In this document: one piece after another, positions 12,640-26,409 of the stretch
How the letters are laid out: every line of letters starts with the position of its first letter
Numbering within the stretch: position 1 is the first letter of the stretch
NCBI GenBank assembly: GCA_024679065.1
Contig: JAGIQG010000002.1
Location: 68,014,001 to 68,078,000 of the forward strand
Direction: 5' to 3'
DNA from: Sphyrna mokarran
Taxonomy: Eukaryota
Length of the DNA: 64,000 bases
Program-made: the position numbers and the translations under genes
Notes under the pieces: model-generated
Database searches by the model: none
The model's input: only the letters and a program-made list of their open reading frames with translations
Told to the model about the DNA's origin: nothing

Positions 12640-14145
12640 ACATTCAGCTCCAGATCTCATTACAGCCTTGGTCCAAACCTGCACAGAATCCAGATCAATA
12701 GTGAGAGTGACTGTCTTTGACACTTGGTCAAGTGTGGCATCAAGGAGCCTTAACAAATTAAAGAAGGGGAAATTCTTCACCAGTTGGAGTCATACCTGGC
12801 ACAAATGGTAATGGTTTTGGTTTTTTTCTCTTTACAGAACTTCAGCAGTCATAGCATTCGAACCAACATTTTCATAAAAACTAGAATCTGAACCCAGTGC
12901 CTTAAACTGTTTGGCCACACTAGCTCATGATGGTGATTGTTAGCAGCCACTTACCTCAGTCCCAGGTATCACACTAGAGATCTCTCAGGATAATGTTCTA
13001 TACTCAACTATCTTCAGCTGCTTCATCAATGACCTTCCTTCCATTATAAGTCTGACATTTTTGCCAATTATTACACAATGTTCAGCATCATTCACAGCTT
13101 CTCAGAAACTGAAGTAGTCCCTCTCCAAATGCAGCAACAGCTGGACAATATCTAAGCTTGGGCTGATAAGTAGTAAATGACACAAAAGTACCAGCAAGAG
13201 AGAATTTACCCCCCCCCCACCCCACCCCAACAAAACCTCTGTGGCTTCTTGACATTCAATTACATTATCACCGATGAATTTCCCACCATCAATATTGACC
13301 AGAAGTTTAACTGGACTAGTCACATAAATAATGGCTGCAGGAGCAAGTCAGAGATTGCTTAGCTTCCCAAAGCCTAAGTACAATCTACAAGGTACAAGTC
13401 AGGAATGTGATGGAACTTGCCTGGGTGAAAACAACTCAACACTCAAGAAGCTCAATGTCATTCAGGACAAAGTATTTGTGCACCATCCATCAGTCTGAGC
13501 ACTAGGTGTGGAGATGCCAGTGTTGGATTGGTGCAGACAAGGTGAGAGGTCACATGAAACTAGGTTACAGCTTTTTAAATTCATTCATGGAACGTGGAAA
13601 TCGCAGGCTGGCCAATATTTACTGCCCAAAGGTAGTTGAGAGTCAACCACATTGCTGTGGTTCAGGAATTATATGTAGGCCAGACCTATTCAAGATGGCA
13701 GATTTCCTCCCCTAAAGGACATTGGTGGACCAGATGGATTTTTCCAACAATCAACAATGGTCTCATGGTCATCAGTAGATTCTTAATTCCAGATTTTTTT
13801 TATTGAATTCAAATTCCACCATCTGCTGTAGGATTTGAACCCAGGTGCCCAGATCATTAATGGAGTTCTGGATTAATAGTCTACCGACAATACCACGAGG
13901 ATCATTGCCTCCCCACAAGCTTTTGGAGCGCTTCTCCTTCTTCAGATGAAGTGTCAGCGCTCCAACTTGTGATTTGAAATGAACCTGTTGAATTATAACC
14001 TGGCGTTTTGTGACTTCTCACTTTAGCCAGATGCACTGCAGAGGTTCGAGAAGGCGGCTCATCACCTCTTTCTCAAGGGCAAGTCAGGATGGCCAATAAA
14101 TGCTGGCCTTGCCAGCGTTGCACCCATCCCATGAATGAATAAAAA
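12640..14145 (+). mobile_element. CR1-group (L2/Crack-like) LINE remnant with nested insertions at ~13505-14020
   Basis: Collinear with 18215-19060 and 23200-24120; degenerate RT (FSCFINDL, WADK). Confidence 0.65.
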
Positions 14146-15184
14146 CAGAGTCAGGAAGAAATGACCAGCCTGAAATTTAAAGAATTCCAGTTATTCAGAA
14201 CTGACATCTTTCAGTTTCATCGCAAATACTTAGAATTAAGAAATCAGGGATAAAGGCATTATAGAAACTATTTGATTTCAATGCCCTTCTTCAAAAAAAA
14301 TTACTACAAAAACAATAATTTCATAAAATTAAAATATAACTTTATTGAAGATACAGATGGAAGGAGAATTTTGCATGATGTTTGTTTCTTTTTGATTTTC
14401 TTACAAATTATATCCATTTCTTTCCATTGCTAATTAGATTATGGAATTCTTTAATCAGTATTGCTCTCTATACTATGCAACAGATTTTCTCTGCTCTATT
14501 CCTGAGTAACTGCTTTTCAGCTCCACGTACAAAACACTTCATCTATGAAGATATGGTAATGATATAGTAGTAATTCCAGCAGCTACTGGACCTTAATGTA
14601 GCAATAATGTTCACAAGCTCAAAAATCTTTAATCTGTGTCTTAAATGTCATTGTGATACATGTCCTGCTTATGCTTCAAGGTCTCCAATTTAATTCCTTG
14701 CTCAAATCAACATAAATTGAAGATTTTTTGTGGAGAATGCAACTGACACAATTTATGTGTGGTTGCAAATTAGGCAGCCGAATGCAGAATGTTGTTCGGA
14801 AGGTGCTGCAAACAAATCTTTTTCTCCAAGAGTTATTGCAGTACAAAACCCTAAAAATGATTTATCCGCTTCAGAATAGATATGGCCAGGCTGTCCGTAA
14901 TTTACTTCATCAAGATACACGTTAAATGTACACTTCTTACAGGCTGATTGCTCTGCCACCTAACACTGAATGAAGCTTTGGATACTGTTAAGATGGGGGC
15001 ATTGTGAATATGGTGTTAAGTTTCAAATTTGGCAATCGTGGGAATTTGATGCAGAGGAGGGAGGAAGTGCTTCTCTTTGTAGCTGTGAAGTGGCAGAATC
15101 TATTAAAACTGAGTTTAAACAAGAATGCCGTCTTGTTTTTATGGTGCAAGATGACTGCCACCGTTGTTCTTTTAAAAAGTTTTT

Positions 15185-15482
15185 AACAAAGCTTAAAGTT
15201 CATTTATTGATGTCACAAGTAGGCTTACGTTATGCAATGAAGTTAGAGTGAAAATGCCCTAGTCGCCACACTCCTGTTTGGGTACACGAAGGGAGAATTT
15301 AGCATGGCTAATGCACCTAACCAGCATGTTTTTTAGATTGTAGGAAGAAACCAGAGCACCCAGAAGAAACGCATGCAGGCACAGGGAGAACACACAGACT
15401 CCACACAGACAGTGATCCAAGCTGGAATTGAATCTGGGTCCCTGGCACTGTGAGGGAGCAATGCTAACTACTCTGCCACCCT
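15185..15482 (-). mobile_element. HE1-like SINE (tail type B)
   Basis: Reverse complement of the 1028-1320 family. Confidence 0.82.
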
Positions 15483-16099
15483 ATACTAACTTCATTAATA
15501 ACACCTTTTCATAACATGAACACACAACTGCAAGGCATCTGCAGCCTTGTTATAACCATCTCTTACATGTGCTATCTGACTTTTGTCGCCAGGGGTCATT
15601 TAGCACAAAATATATTATATTGTATCTAATATTGGAGTCCACAACCACAATCAATTATTATCATGACAGGTGTAATAAAAAGCAGCAGGTTTAAATGGAA
15701 GCGAAGGGTTAACTTTCATATTGATTGGGAAAAGCAGATTATCATATGTCAGCAAATGTCTTGAGTGTGTTCAGGATTGTTTAATGAAAATGTACGTCGG
15801 AGCATGTCTTAGGGTATGTTCTCCCCATGTCTGCGTGAGTTCCTCCGGGTGCTCCAATTTCCTGCCACTGTCCAAAGACGTGCAGGTTAAGTGGACTGGC
15901 CATGGTAAATTATCCCTTTAGATAGATAGATAGATTAGCAGTTGTAAATGTGGAGGGCAGGCCCTAGATGGAATGTTCATTTGAAGGATCAATGCAGAAT
16001 CAATGGGCCAAATGGCCTCTTTCTACACCATAGAGATACTATGGTAGAAACAAGCAGTGGGTAGGCTGTATGATAAGCAATGAGCAAGATTTAGTTATT

Positions 16100-16590
16100 A
16101 ACTTAACAATGCTTGAAAAGACTCATGGGGCTGGTTCCAGGAATGAGGAATTTCAGTCCTGTAGCTGAACTGGAGAACCTGGGGCTATTCTCCTCAGAGA
16201 AAGAAGGTTGAGACAATTGAGACATTAAAAATTATGAGGGCTCAGGACAGAGTAAATAAGAAGAAACTTCCCACTCGTGAAAGGAGAGAGTACAAGAAGG
16301 TACAATTTTAAAGTAATTGACAAAAGAAGCAAAAATGATACCAGGATAATCTTTTACATGCAATATGGACTAAGATCTGGAATGCATTGCCTGACAGTGC
16401 AGTGGAGGCAGGTTCAATCAATATATTCAAGAGAAATATCTTGAACTGTTATCTAAAAAGCAGGAATGTGTAGAGTTATGATCAGAAAGTAGAGCAATGG
16501 CACAAGATGCATTGCCCATTCAGACAGCCGGTGTAGACATGATGGACTGAATGGCTTCCTTCTGTGCTGCAACATTTCTGTGACTCTGAT
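16100..16590 (+). mobile_element. Old CR1 3' fragment
   Basis: Degenerate LGLFSxE and WNALP coding remnants, tail (attctg)n. Confidence 0.65.
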
Positions 16591-18214
16591 TCTGATTCTG
16601 AGATTCATCACCTTCAGGAGAAGGCAGAAAACTGCAAGAAAAGGAGTATGATTTATTTTACTTAATCTGGAATAACACATTGAATGATTTGCATTTCTTT
16701 ACAGGAATTCAAAATTATATGAATAGCCTGGAATCAAATGCAAATTGTGAAGTCATGCATTTATACGAGCATTATATTGTAAAAGAGATAAATAATTTGT
16801 TGGCTGTGAACACTAGATTGAATCTTTCCCAACCACACTCTCATGAACTGCATTCCAGACTTTTACTACTGCGTTTGAAACATGTTATGCCCCTGCTACT
16901 TTTGCTTCTTTTATCAATTGCTTTAAATGTGTCCTTTTGTTCTCAACTCTTTAGGGAGTGGGAACAGTTTTCCTAATCTACCCTGTCCAAACCCCTCATG
17001 ATTTTGAAAACATTAATCAAATCCACACTCACTCCCCTTCTGTCTAAGAGAAACAGTCCCAACATCCAAACATGTGCCAGTTAGGTGGTTTGGCCATGCT
17101 AAATTGCCCCTTAATGTCCCAGGATGTGTGGGTTAGGGGGATAGGTGGGTAAAAACAAGTATAGGGCCTGGGTAGAATGCTCTGTGAGAGAGTCAGTGCT
17201 GACCTGACGGGTCAAATAGTCTCCAACAGCACTGTAGGGATTCTATGATTCTCTAATCCATTGTTTGATGCAGTGTGTTTCTTTTTCTTTTTGGGGCAAA
17301 TTACTTATTAGTGTGGAGCTATATTAAGCAGAAGTGGCTGCAGATTTTCCAGGCAGCAGTTTGGTTCGGACTTGCAGGGAAACAGATGATAACAGAAACT
17401 GATGAGCGTAATTTTAAATCCTAATCTTTGCTCATTGAAAATATCGAAACCATTCTTAACAGGACAGAAGCTGAGTTCTTTCAAACAGGACATGGAGAGT
17501 GGGCATTGCAAATATTTAATTAAAGGAAACTCTTCAGCAGTCATTTCCACAATTAGAAAGCAAGAAGGTTTTTACACTCAGTGGTGAAATATGTTTAGAT
17601 TTTCAGACAATGTCATCCTGAAAGCAGAGTCAATAACGGCAAAATTTAATGAGGTTTGTGAAAGATTGCACTTCTTGAAGGTTAGAATCAAGCAAAACTT
17701 GGTGGATAGCCCTATTGAAATGAAAAGTCACCTTCCACGAACAATAATTCACTGGATTTCTATACTTTCACTGCTACTTTTGAGAAACTGTTTTATTTCA
17801 ACTGCTTCTAAATATGCCTCTAACTATGAGATAAAGTAGTGGATGAGGATAAGTCTTTCCAAAATCTGTCTCACTAACTAAGGAAAATAAATACTGTTCC
17901 AAGAAAATCATATGTCCATCTAACTCATAAATATACTGGTGCTCTGAGCTTATCGATTATTTTATTACTTTGTAATCTTTCTTACCTGGATATTCATTTG
18001 TATTGATTGCTGAGAACATAATTACTAAGAAAAAGACTATCCTGATGTTGGTTGTATGGATTTAGTCGGCGTGATTGCACATGCTGCTAAGAACATTGTG
18101 GTTTCAAAACCATTAGGATATTGTGATAGCTCTTAATCAATAACCTGCATTATGAGTAACATTAACGAGGGGAAGTAGTATACCTAGAAAAGCACACAGG
18201 GACAAAACAATGTG

Positions 18215-19060
18215 AGCACCATTCAGGACTCATCAGACACTGAATCAGTCTATGTTCAAATGCAACAAGTTCTTGACAATGTCCAAGTTTGGGCTGACAA
18301 GTAACATTCGCACCCCACAAATGCCAGGCAATGACCATCACCAATAAGAGACATTCTAATCACTGCCCTTGACATTCAGTGATGTTACCATCATAATCCT
18401 CTTCAACATCCTTGGGGTTATCATTGACCAGAAACTCAACTGGACTCACCATATAAATACAGTGACTACAAGAGCAAATCAGAGGTTAGGAATATTGTGG
18501 TGAGTAACTCAAAGTGACTCCCCAAAGTCTATCTGCCATCCAGAAGGCACAAGTTGGGACTGAGACGGAATACTCCTTTCTTGCCTCGATGAATGCAGCT
18601 CCAGTAACACTCAAGAAGCTTGATGCCATCCAGGACAAAGCAGCCCACTTGATTGACAACACATCCACAAGCATTCACTCCCCCATCACCAACATTCAGG
18701 AGCAGCAGTATGTACTATCTACAAGATGTACTGCAGCAATTCACCAAAGATCCTTAGATAGCACCTTTCAAACCTACGACCACTTCTATCTAGAAGAACA
18801 AGGGACAGCAAAAATCTGAGAACATCACCAACTGCAAGTTTCTCTCCAAGCCACTCACCATCCTGACTTGGAAATATATTGCCGTTCCTTCGCAGTTGCT
18901 GGGTCAAAATCCTGGAATTTGTTCCATAACAGCATTGCGGGTCAACCCAGAGAACATGGACTGCAGAGATGCAAGGTGGCAGCTCACCACCACCTTCTCA
19001 AGGGAAGGCAATAAATGCTGGCCAGTCAAAGACAGTCAAGTCCCATGAACAAATAAAAAG
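18215..19060 (+). mobile_element. CR1-group (L2/Crack-like) LINE 3' fragment
   Basis: WAD..VTFAPHKCQAMTI, LKKLDAIQDKAA remnants; A-rich end. Confidence 0.72.
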
Positions 19061-19285
19061 ATTTGAACATAAGAATGAGAATATTTAACTTTTGAAGTGT
19101 TGGAGAAACAGCAGGAAACTTAGGTCAACAACATTGTTATGAATGTGATATGAGTAGCAAATGTTAATGAAATATTTGTGGTTGTGTTAAGCAAATGTAT
19201 GGAAGTGCCATGGACTGAGGCAAAATGGAGGCACATGACAACATAAAGGTGAGGGATAGGGTATGCGATCAAATACTCAAGCTAC

Positions 19286-20096
19286 TTAATGTTGCAGTTG
19301 TATAAAACGTTGGTTAGACCTCATTTGGAATACTGCATCCAGTTCTGGTCACCATACTACCAGAAGGACGTGGAGAGTCTGGAAAGAGTGCAGAGAAGGT
19401 TTACCAGGATGCTGCCTGGTATGGAAGGTCTGAGTTATGAGAAGAGGTTAGGCAAATTGGGACTGTTTTCCTTAGAAAGACATAGACTTAGAGGAGATCT
19501 AATAGAAATGTACAAGATTATGAGGGGTATAGATAGATTCAACAGGGTTAAACTTTTTCCTAGGATGGACTCAAATAGCATGAGGGGTCACGGGCTTAGG
19601 GTGAGAGGGGTAAGGTATAATTTGGATGCTAGAGGGAGTTTTTTCACACAGAGGGTGGTGGGGATATGGAATGCACTGCTAAGTGAAGTGGTGGAGGCAG
19701 GTACTCTGGAGTTATTTAAGAACAGAATATGAATGGAGGGGTATAGAAAACTGATTTAAAATAGGGATCATGAGCCTTGGGAGTCCCTAGGAAGCGTGTA
19801 AAAAGATGATGATATTGATGTACTTGTTTTTATCCTACAGGTGCTTTGATCCACCTTGTTGTCTAACAAGGGGCATACACGCGATGGGTCGTGAGAGGAT
19901 TTTTTTCAAGAGTATCCTAGTACTTCATGTCGTTAGTGTACGCTTGGCCTGGACCATTTGATGGGCAACATGACAGCTCAGTGACTATCGCTGTGCTGTG
20001 CAGATACATGGATTTGGGCCTGTGTTTGCGGCCGCGCGGGCTCATTGGGCCGAAGGGCCTGTTTCCCGTGCTGTTTTGTTTTTTGTTCTTTGTTCT
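19286..20096 (+). mobile_element. CR1 3' fragment with long 3' UTR (copy A)
   Basis: 147-aa ORF2 C-terminus (LVRPHLEYC, RGDLIE, RGH, WNAL); UTR shared with 47087-48310; (TTTGTTC)n tail. Confidence 0.9.
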
Positions 20097-20629
20097 ACTA
20101 GGTCATTGTTGTTATCAACAATTTGTTTCAGCCTGAGAGATGGAGTTAATGGCAGCAAGATGGAATGCAAGATCGTTGGCAAACAATTTGATAATGCAGA
20201 GCCAGTGGAGGAGATGAAGAGAATTAATGGAAATATAGAGCTTGAATCATCAAAATGCATTTAGAAGTTTAATCTGTGGATTGTGTCACCAAAGGAAGTC
20301 AACATGTCCAAATCTAGATCCTTGGGGAATGCTGGGTATCATTGAATGCATGTGAAAAGTGAAGCAATTGTTAGAAACGCTCTGTCTACGATTATATAGT
20401 TACAAGTGAAACTGTACAGGACAATGGAGTCTTTAGAGCAAATGTCAAATGTATGCTGTCATAGTCATAATGGGCTGAATGGCCTCCTTTTACACTCTGA
20501 ACTTGAAGAATTCAAAATTTGATCACAAAATTACTGAGAATAAATTTATTTTTCAAAGTATAACGCAATATTTTGTAAATAATATTATTGCAATTATCAC
20601 CTTGTTGAAAGCTCACTGAGGTTTTTTTT

Positions 20630-21930
20630 AAATTTTGCTTAGGATGTGGGTGTCACTGGCTGGGCCAGAATTCATTGTCCATCCCTTATTGCCCTTGAGA
20701 AAATGATGGTGAGTCACCTTCTTGAACTACTGTAAATCATGTGAAGAATATACGCCCACAGTACTGATAGGGAAGTCTAGGGTTTTGACACAGAAACAAT
20801 GAAGGAACAGCAATATAGTTCAAAGTCAGACTGGTGAGTGGCTTTGGAGGGAAGCTTGCAGGTGGTGTTTCCATGCATTTATTACTCTTGCCTTTCTCGG
20901 TGGCAAATGTTGTGTCTGTAGAGGTGATGTTGAAGGAGGTTTGATAAGTTACTGCAATGATATAATCACTGTGTGTTAGTGACGTAGGGAATAATTGTAT
21001 AAGGCGCAGTTATGGTGCCAATCATGCATATTTCATTATCCTGAATGGTGTTGAACTTCTTCATTGTGGTGGAACCACATTACTCCAGAAACATGACAGT
21101 ATTTCCTCCCGACTTGCATCTTGTAGGATTATAGACAGGCTTTGGGATGCTCACCACAGAATTCCCAATGTCTGACATGCTGTTGTAGCCACACATTCAT
21201 ATGGTTGGTCCAATTCAGTTTCTGATCAATGGTAACTACAATTCCACCTCCCTCCACCCCATCCTCATGTTGATAGTGGGGGATTCAGTAGTGGTAATAT
21301 CATTGCATGTCTAGGGAAGATGGGTAGATTCTCTTGCTGGAGATAATCATTACCTGGCACAAGTTTAACATGCAGTTAAACAAAGCTGGATAAACGCAGA
21401 TGGGAGAAAACAATGGAATACCTCAGTGGAGTGAAACAAAATGTTTCAGGAGGGACAAAATCTGTGTGTAGTATAAGCACCAGCATAGCCCCGTTTGGAT
21501 GAACAGTCTATGGTTTTGGTGTAGTACATTCCCTGTATAAAGAGTTGTGAACTGTCAGAGTTTAATCCTATTCTTTTACTGACTGGTTATTTGGTGGAAT
21601 TGCAGATTGCTGGCTGATTTGTTTGATTTGTTTAACTTGTAAGGCACAAATGTTACTTTCTACTCATTAGTCCAACCCCAAAAGCTGTCCAGCTCTTGCT
21701 GCATATGGAGATAAATCGTTTTTGTATCTCAGAAGTCACAAATGGTGCTAAATATTGTACAATCACCAGTGAACACCTCCACTTCTAATCCTTTGATGGA
21801 GAGAAGGTGACTAATGAAGCAGCTGAAGATGGTTGGCCCTTAGACACTATCCTGAGGAATACCTGCGAATGATATCCTGGAGCTGGATGGACCTCAACAG
21901 CCCCAACCATCATCCTTTGTGTTAGGAATG
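20630..21930 (-). mobile_element. CR1-group (L2/Crack-like) LINE remnant interrupted at ~21361-21635
   Basis: Reverse complement of the 18215-19060 family, continuing on both sides of the insert. Confidence 0.7.
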
Positions 21931-22433
21931 AAGCATTAAGTGCTTGGTCACTATTTCAACCATGCTGCTACTCTGATCAAAGAGCACTCCATTCAACATC
22001 TAACCAATAAACCTTTTGTGATTAAGGCAATATCTTGAGAAGAAAGATTTCAACTTGCCTGTGACTATAGGCAGTGTGCCTTTCATATGGTTGTAGAATG
22101 TTTGTTATAAAGAAGAAAATGTCATTTAGGCAATCTCAGTTTTTCCATTTCCTCTCTCAGCCTCTCACACTATTCCAGATTATAAGGCCAGCAATCTGCA
22201 ATTCCACCAAATAACCAGTCACTAAAAGAATAGGATTATATTCTCTGACAGTTCACAACTCTGTATACAGGGAATGTACTACACCAAAACCATAGACTGT
22301 TCAGCCAAACGGGGCTATGCTGGTGCTTATACTACACACAGATTTTGTCCCTCCTGAAACATTTTGTTTCACTCCACTGAGGTATTCCATTGTTTTCTCC
22401 CATCTGCGTTTATCCAGCTTTGTTTAACTGCAT
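21370..22433. repeat. Near-perfect inverted repeat, ~245-bp arms (21370-21614 / 22187-22433)
   Basis: Arms differ by about 3 substitutions plus one small indel patch. Confidence 0.95.
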
Positions 22434-22769
22434 TTATTTTGTAACAAGTAGCACATTCACACTACTTTTGCACAATGGTATGGCAGGTAATTCTGGCAAG
22501 CCAGGACATCAAGGTTAATTTAATGAGGAGTGCAAAGTCCATGCCAGACATGTTATGAGTTCTACTCGAAAATGAGTTGCCACCGGAACTACACATGAGC
22601 TAAATAGCATTCTATGTACAAAAATAAACAATTCCACAACCACTGATCAGATTGAAGTTTGCAGTCCTGCCAAATCCAGTCATCAATGGAGGTGGATAAT
22701 TCCATAGGAGCAAGATCCACAAATATCCATATGCTTAATAATGACAAAGACAGCATGACTGCAAAAGGC

Positions 22770-24120
22770 TGAAGCGTTTGCAACAATTTTCAGTGAGAAG
22801 GACCAAGTGGATGATCATCCTTGACCTACAGTCCCCAACATCATAAATGCCAGTCTTCAGCCAAGCTGATTCACTCCATGTGATATTAACACAGCTGGCT
22901 ACACTAGATATAGCAAAGACCATATGTAGCAACATCCCATCTGTGGTACTGAAGATTTATGTTCCAAAACTAAGCAAGCTGTTCTAATACAATATCTACA
23001 ACGTACATTGGCATCCACCTGATGTGGAACATTACCCAGGTACGTCTTATCTGCATAAACAACAAATCCAATTCAATCAATTACTGCACCATCAGTCTGT
23101 GATCAAAGTGGTGAAAGTTGCCATCAATAGTGCAATACTTGCCAATAATCTGCTCAGTAATAATTTGCTCAATTTTCTTCCAGGATTGCTTGGCTGTAGG
23201 CCTCGTAACAGCTTTGATCCAAACATAGTCAAAAGAGCTGAGTTTCAAATATGAAGTCAGAGTGGCTGTCCTTAGTGTGACATTAAGGCACGCAGATAAA
23301 ACTGAAGTCAAAGGTAAACAGAGAGCACACACTCCATTGGTTAGGGTCATACCCAATATAAAGAAAGATGGTTGTGGTTGGTGAAGAACCATTATTTCAG
23401 GCCCAAGACATCGTTGCACGAGTTCCCAAAGGTAGTGTCCGAGATCAAACCATCTACAGCTGCTTTATCAAAAGACCTCACTTTCAACATAAGATTAGTA
23501 ATGGGAATGTTTGTTGATAATCAGTGTTCAACATCATTTGCGTTTCCTCAGATATGGAAGTAGTCCATGCCAACATGCAACAAGACCAGAACAACATTCA
23601 TTGGCCAATAAGTGGCAAGAAATATATGTTTTATTTAAAAAGTGCCAGACAATGACTATCTCTGAAAAGAGACAGTTTGTCCAGCCCCTGTTAACATTTT
23701 ACAGCTTCACCCTTACTGAATTCCCCATCAACATCCTGGGGATTACCATTGACCCAAAACTTAACTAGACCTCCCATATAAATACAATGGCTCCAATAGC
23801 AGGTCAGAGGTTGGGAAGTCTGTGGCAAGTAACTCACCTAACTCTGAAAGCCTGTCCACCATCTAAGTTGAACGTGCCAGAATTATGATGGATTACTGTG
23901 GCAAATCATAACCCATTCTATTCACATCCCACCCACCACTTTACATATTCATTCCCTCCACTGGAGACACAAGGTGCAACAACGTGATACACAGCAGTGT
24001 GTTCAACAGCATCTTTGCTCACAACCTCTACCACCAAGAAAGGTAAGGGCACCATGGCAATACCACATTCTGCAAGCTCCCTCTAATCACACACCATCCT
24101 GATTTGGAAATCTATCACTT
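22770..24120 (+). mobile_element. Degenerate CR1-group (L2/Crack-like) LINE
   Basis: Collinear with the other copies; NKWQ and ILGITIDPKLN remnants. Confidence 0.62.
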
Positions 24121-25219
24121 TTTTAAAAAACTGTCATGAGTAGATGATCTAGTCTTCAGCCAAATAACAACAGTGCATATACAGCCTGCAAACTGAATTA
24201 AATTCTCCTTGCACCCATTCATATCTACAAGGAAGTGTGAAGAAGCTCTCTAACATCGCATCTGTACTCATTCAGGACTTGATAAAACACAGCATTTGTT
24301 TAATAATGTTCTCCTTCATTCAATAACTTGCATTGTCAATTAGAATGATTGAATTTTTAAATGTATGCATGTATTTACAGTTACAGCATAACATGATAGT
24401 GAACAAAGGTTTTTAACAATCCAGGATTATATTTGCTTACAGATATTCTATTTCATTCTCTGTTTACAGCTATGAATTATAGTGTCGACTTCTTCAATTG
24501 AAAGGACAGCACAGCATCAGGAATTAAATTTAGCATCTTCATTTTTGACTAATGCAATCAAGAAGCACCAACAAGCTGAGCTTCCTCCATCAGATCCCAT
24601 TCAGTTACCCAACCATGAACTGATGGAATTCACGCTACTTGGGTATGAATTTAGAAGTATGTGGTCATCACTAGGCCAAACTTTAACAACCATCTCTAGT
24701 TGCCCCTGTAGTAGTGGTGGTGGTGGGCTGCCTTCTTGAGTCATGTGATATAGGTACCCCACAGAGAAGGGTGGATGGCCATTGAATCTCAACATTCAGT
24801 TTGAGACCATTCGTTGCTTGAGCTATTCCTTGGTGGAATTTTTCAGCCGTTCACACTGGCAGGGTCATCCAATCCTGTCAATGAGGATAAGATTCCAATG
24901 GCCCACTGGAAGGGAGCCTATAGCTGCAAAGTTCTGGCCCTTTTATCTAGTTTGGTTGGGCTGCTTAGTCTAACAGACGTAAATATTATTTTCAAATGCC
25001 AGAAAATATATTAGGCTCAGCTTGTGCATAAGTTAGTGACGAACAAGCAGTGTCAAGTCAAAAATTCCAAATAACAAACTCAAAAATTTCATGCTGCAAC
25101 AAGATGTTGCACCCATTTCTTGCACTAGCTCATGGCTCTGAATCTTCAGTACAGTGGCAGTGTTGTATGCTAAGATTCTCTTAACCTGATGCTGCTACAC
25201 ATTTGTTCCAGGAAAATGA

Positions 25220-25790
25220 ACACAGAAATGAACAAGGAAAAATACAGCACAAGAACAGGCCCTTCAGTCTTCCAAGCCTGCACCGACCATGCTGCCCAAC
25301 TGAACTAAAACATCCTACCCTTTTAGGGACCATATCTCTCTATTCCCATCCTGTCCATATTTGTTCAGACAAATACTATTGTATCTGCTGCCATTAACTC
25401 CTCTAGCAGCCCTTATGTAAAAAACTTGCCTCATATGTCTCCTTTAAACATTGCCCTCACACCTTAAATCTATGCTCCCTTAGTAATTGACTTTTCCATC
25501 CTGAGAAAAAGCTTTTGAGTATCCACTCTGTCCATGCCCCTCGTAAGCTTCTATCTGATTGCCTCTCAATCTTCATCATTCCAATGAGAACAAACCAAGT
25601 TTCTCCAACCTCTCCTCACAGCTAATGTCCTCCATACAGGCAACATCCTGGTAAATCTTTTCCATACCCTCTCCAAAGTCTCCACATCCTTCTGGTAGTG
25701 TGGTGACCAGAATTGATCACTATATTCCAATCGCAACCCCACTAAGATTTTAGAAAGCTGTAACATGACTTGGCAATGTTTAAACTTAAC
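25220..25790 (-). mobile_element. CR1 3' fragment
   Basis: QFWSPHYQKDVETLERVWKRFTRMLP. Confidence 0.82.
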
Positions 25791-26004
25791 TTTCAAGCAT
25801 CTTTTTATGCAGTGATCCCCAGGGAATTCCATTGGATTCAAGGAAAAAGTGGACTTGCCCTATTTTACGGCACTGATAAGTATAAGAAGATCCTGGGTTG
25901 AAGAGAATGGGTTTGGTTTGGCTAGGAGGTTATCCAGGTGTTAAGCCAGGTTTTAACTATCCCAAGTAAATACTGCAGATCTCTCCCAAGTTTCCAGCTG
26001 GAAG

Positions 26005-26130
26005 AGAACTAAAAACAGAAGATGCTGGAAAGTTTCAGGAAGTCTGGCAGCATTTGTGGAGCAAGAAACAAAGTTAAAGTTTCAGCACGATATCTTTCAT
26101 CAGAACTGGGAAAGTTAGAAATGTAACAGG
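26005..26130 (-). mobile_element. Penelope-like pseudo-LTR remnant with hammerhead-like core
   Basis: Minus strand AGTT-CTGATGA-aagatatcgtgct-GAAAC-tt-TAACT; related to the arms at 37255-38360. Confidence 0.5.
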
Positions 26131-26409
26131 GTTTGAGCAAGGGGAGCTAGAAAAAAGACTGGTGAGGTTGAATGAAACTGTTTCAACATCTGATAGACAT
26201 CTGTGCATCAATTGGCCTGCATTGAAAAAAAAATGGATGAAATACTGATAGACGTTGACACATCAGCAAACAGGACTGTTACCAAGATGGTGAAAATGAC
26301 TGGCCACAAGACAACTTGGGTTCATAGTGGTTCATCTTGTATGATGGATGGCACAATGTCTGCAAGACATAACAGGCTACAAGATGAAGTCATGAAAAAT
26401 TGCCACCTC

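Noticed and set aside
14970-15251. 93-aa ORF as an exon of another gene
   Set aside because: No recognisable domain or splice partners, and it runs into a SINE tail
21370-22433. DNA transposon with 245-bp TIRs
   Set aside because: The interior continues the LINE flanking the left arm; no transposase and no outer TSD
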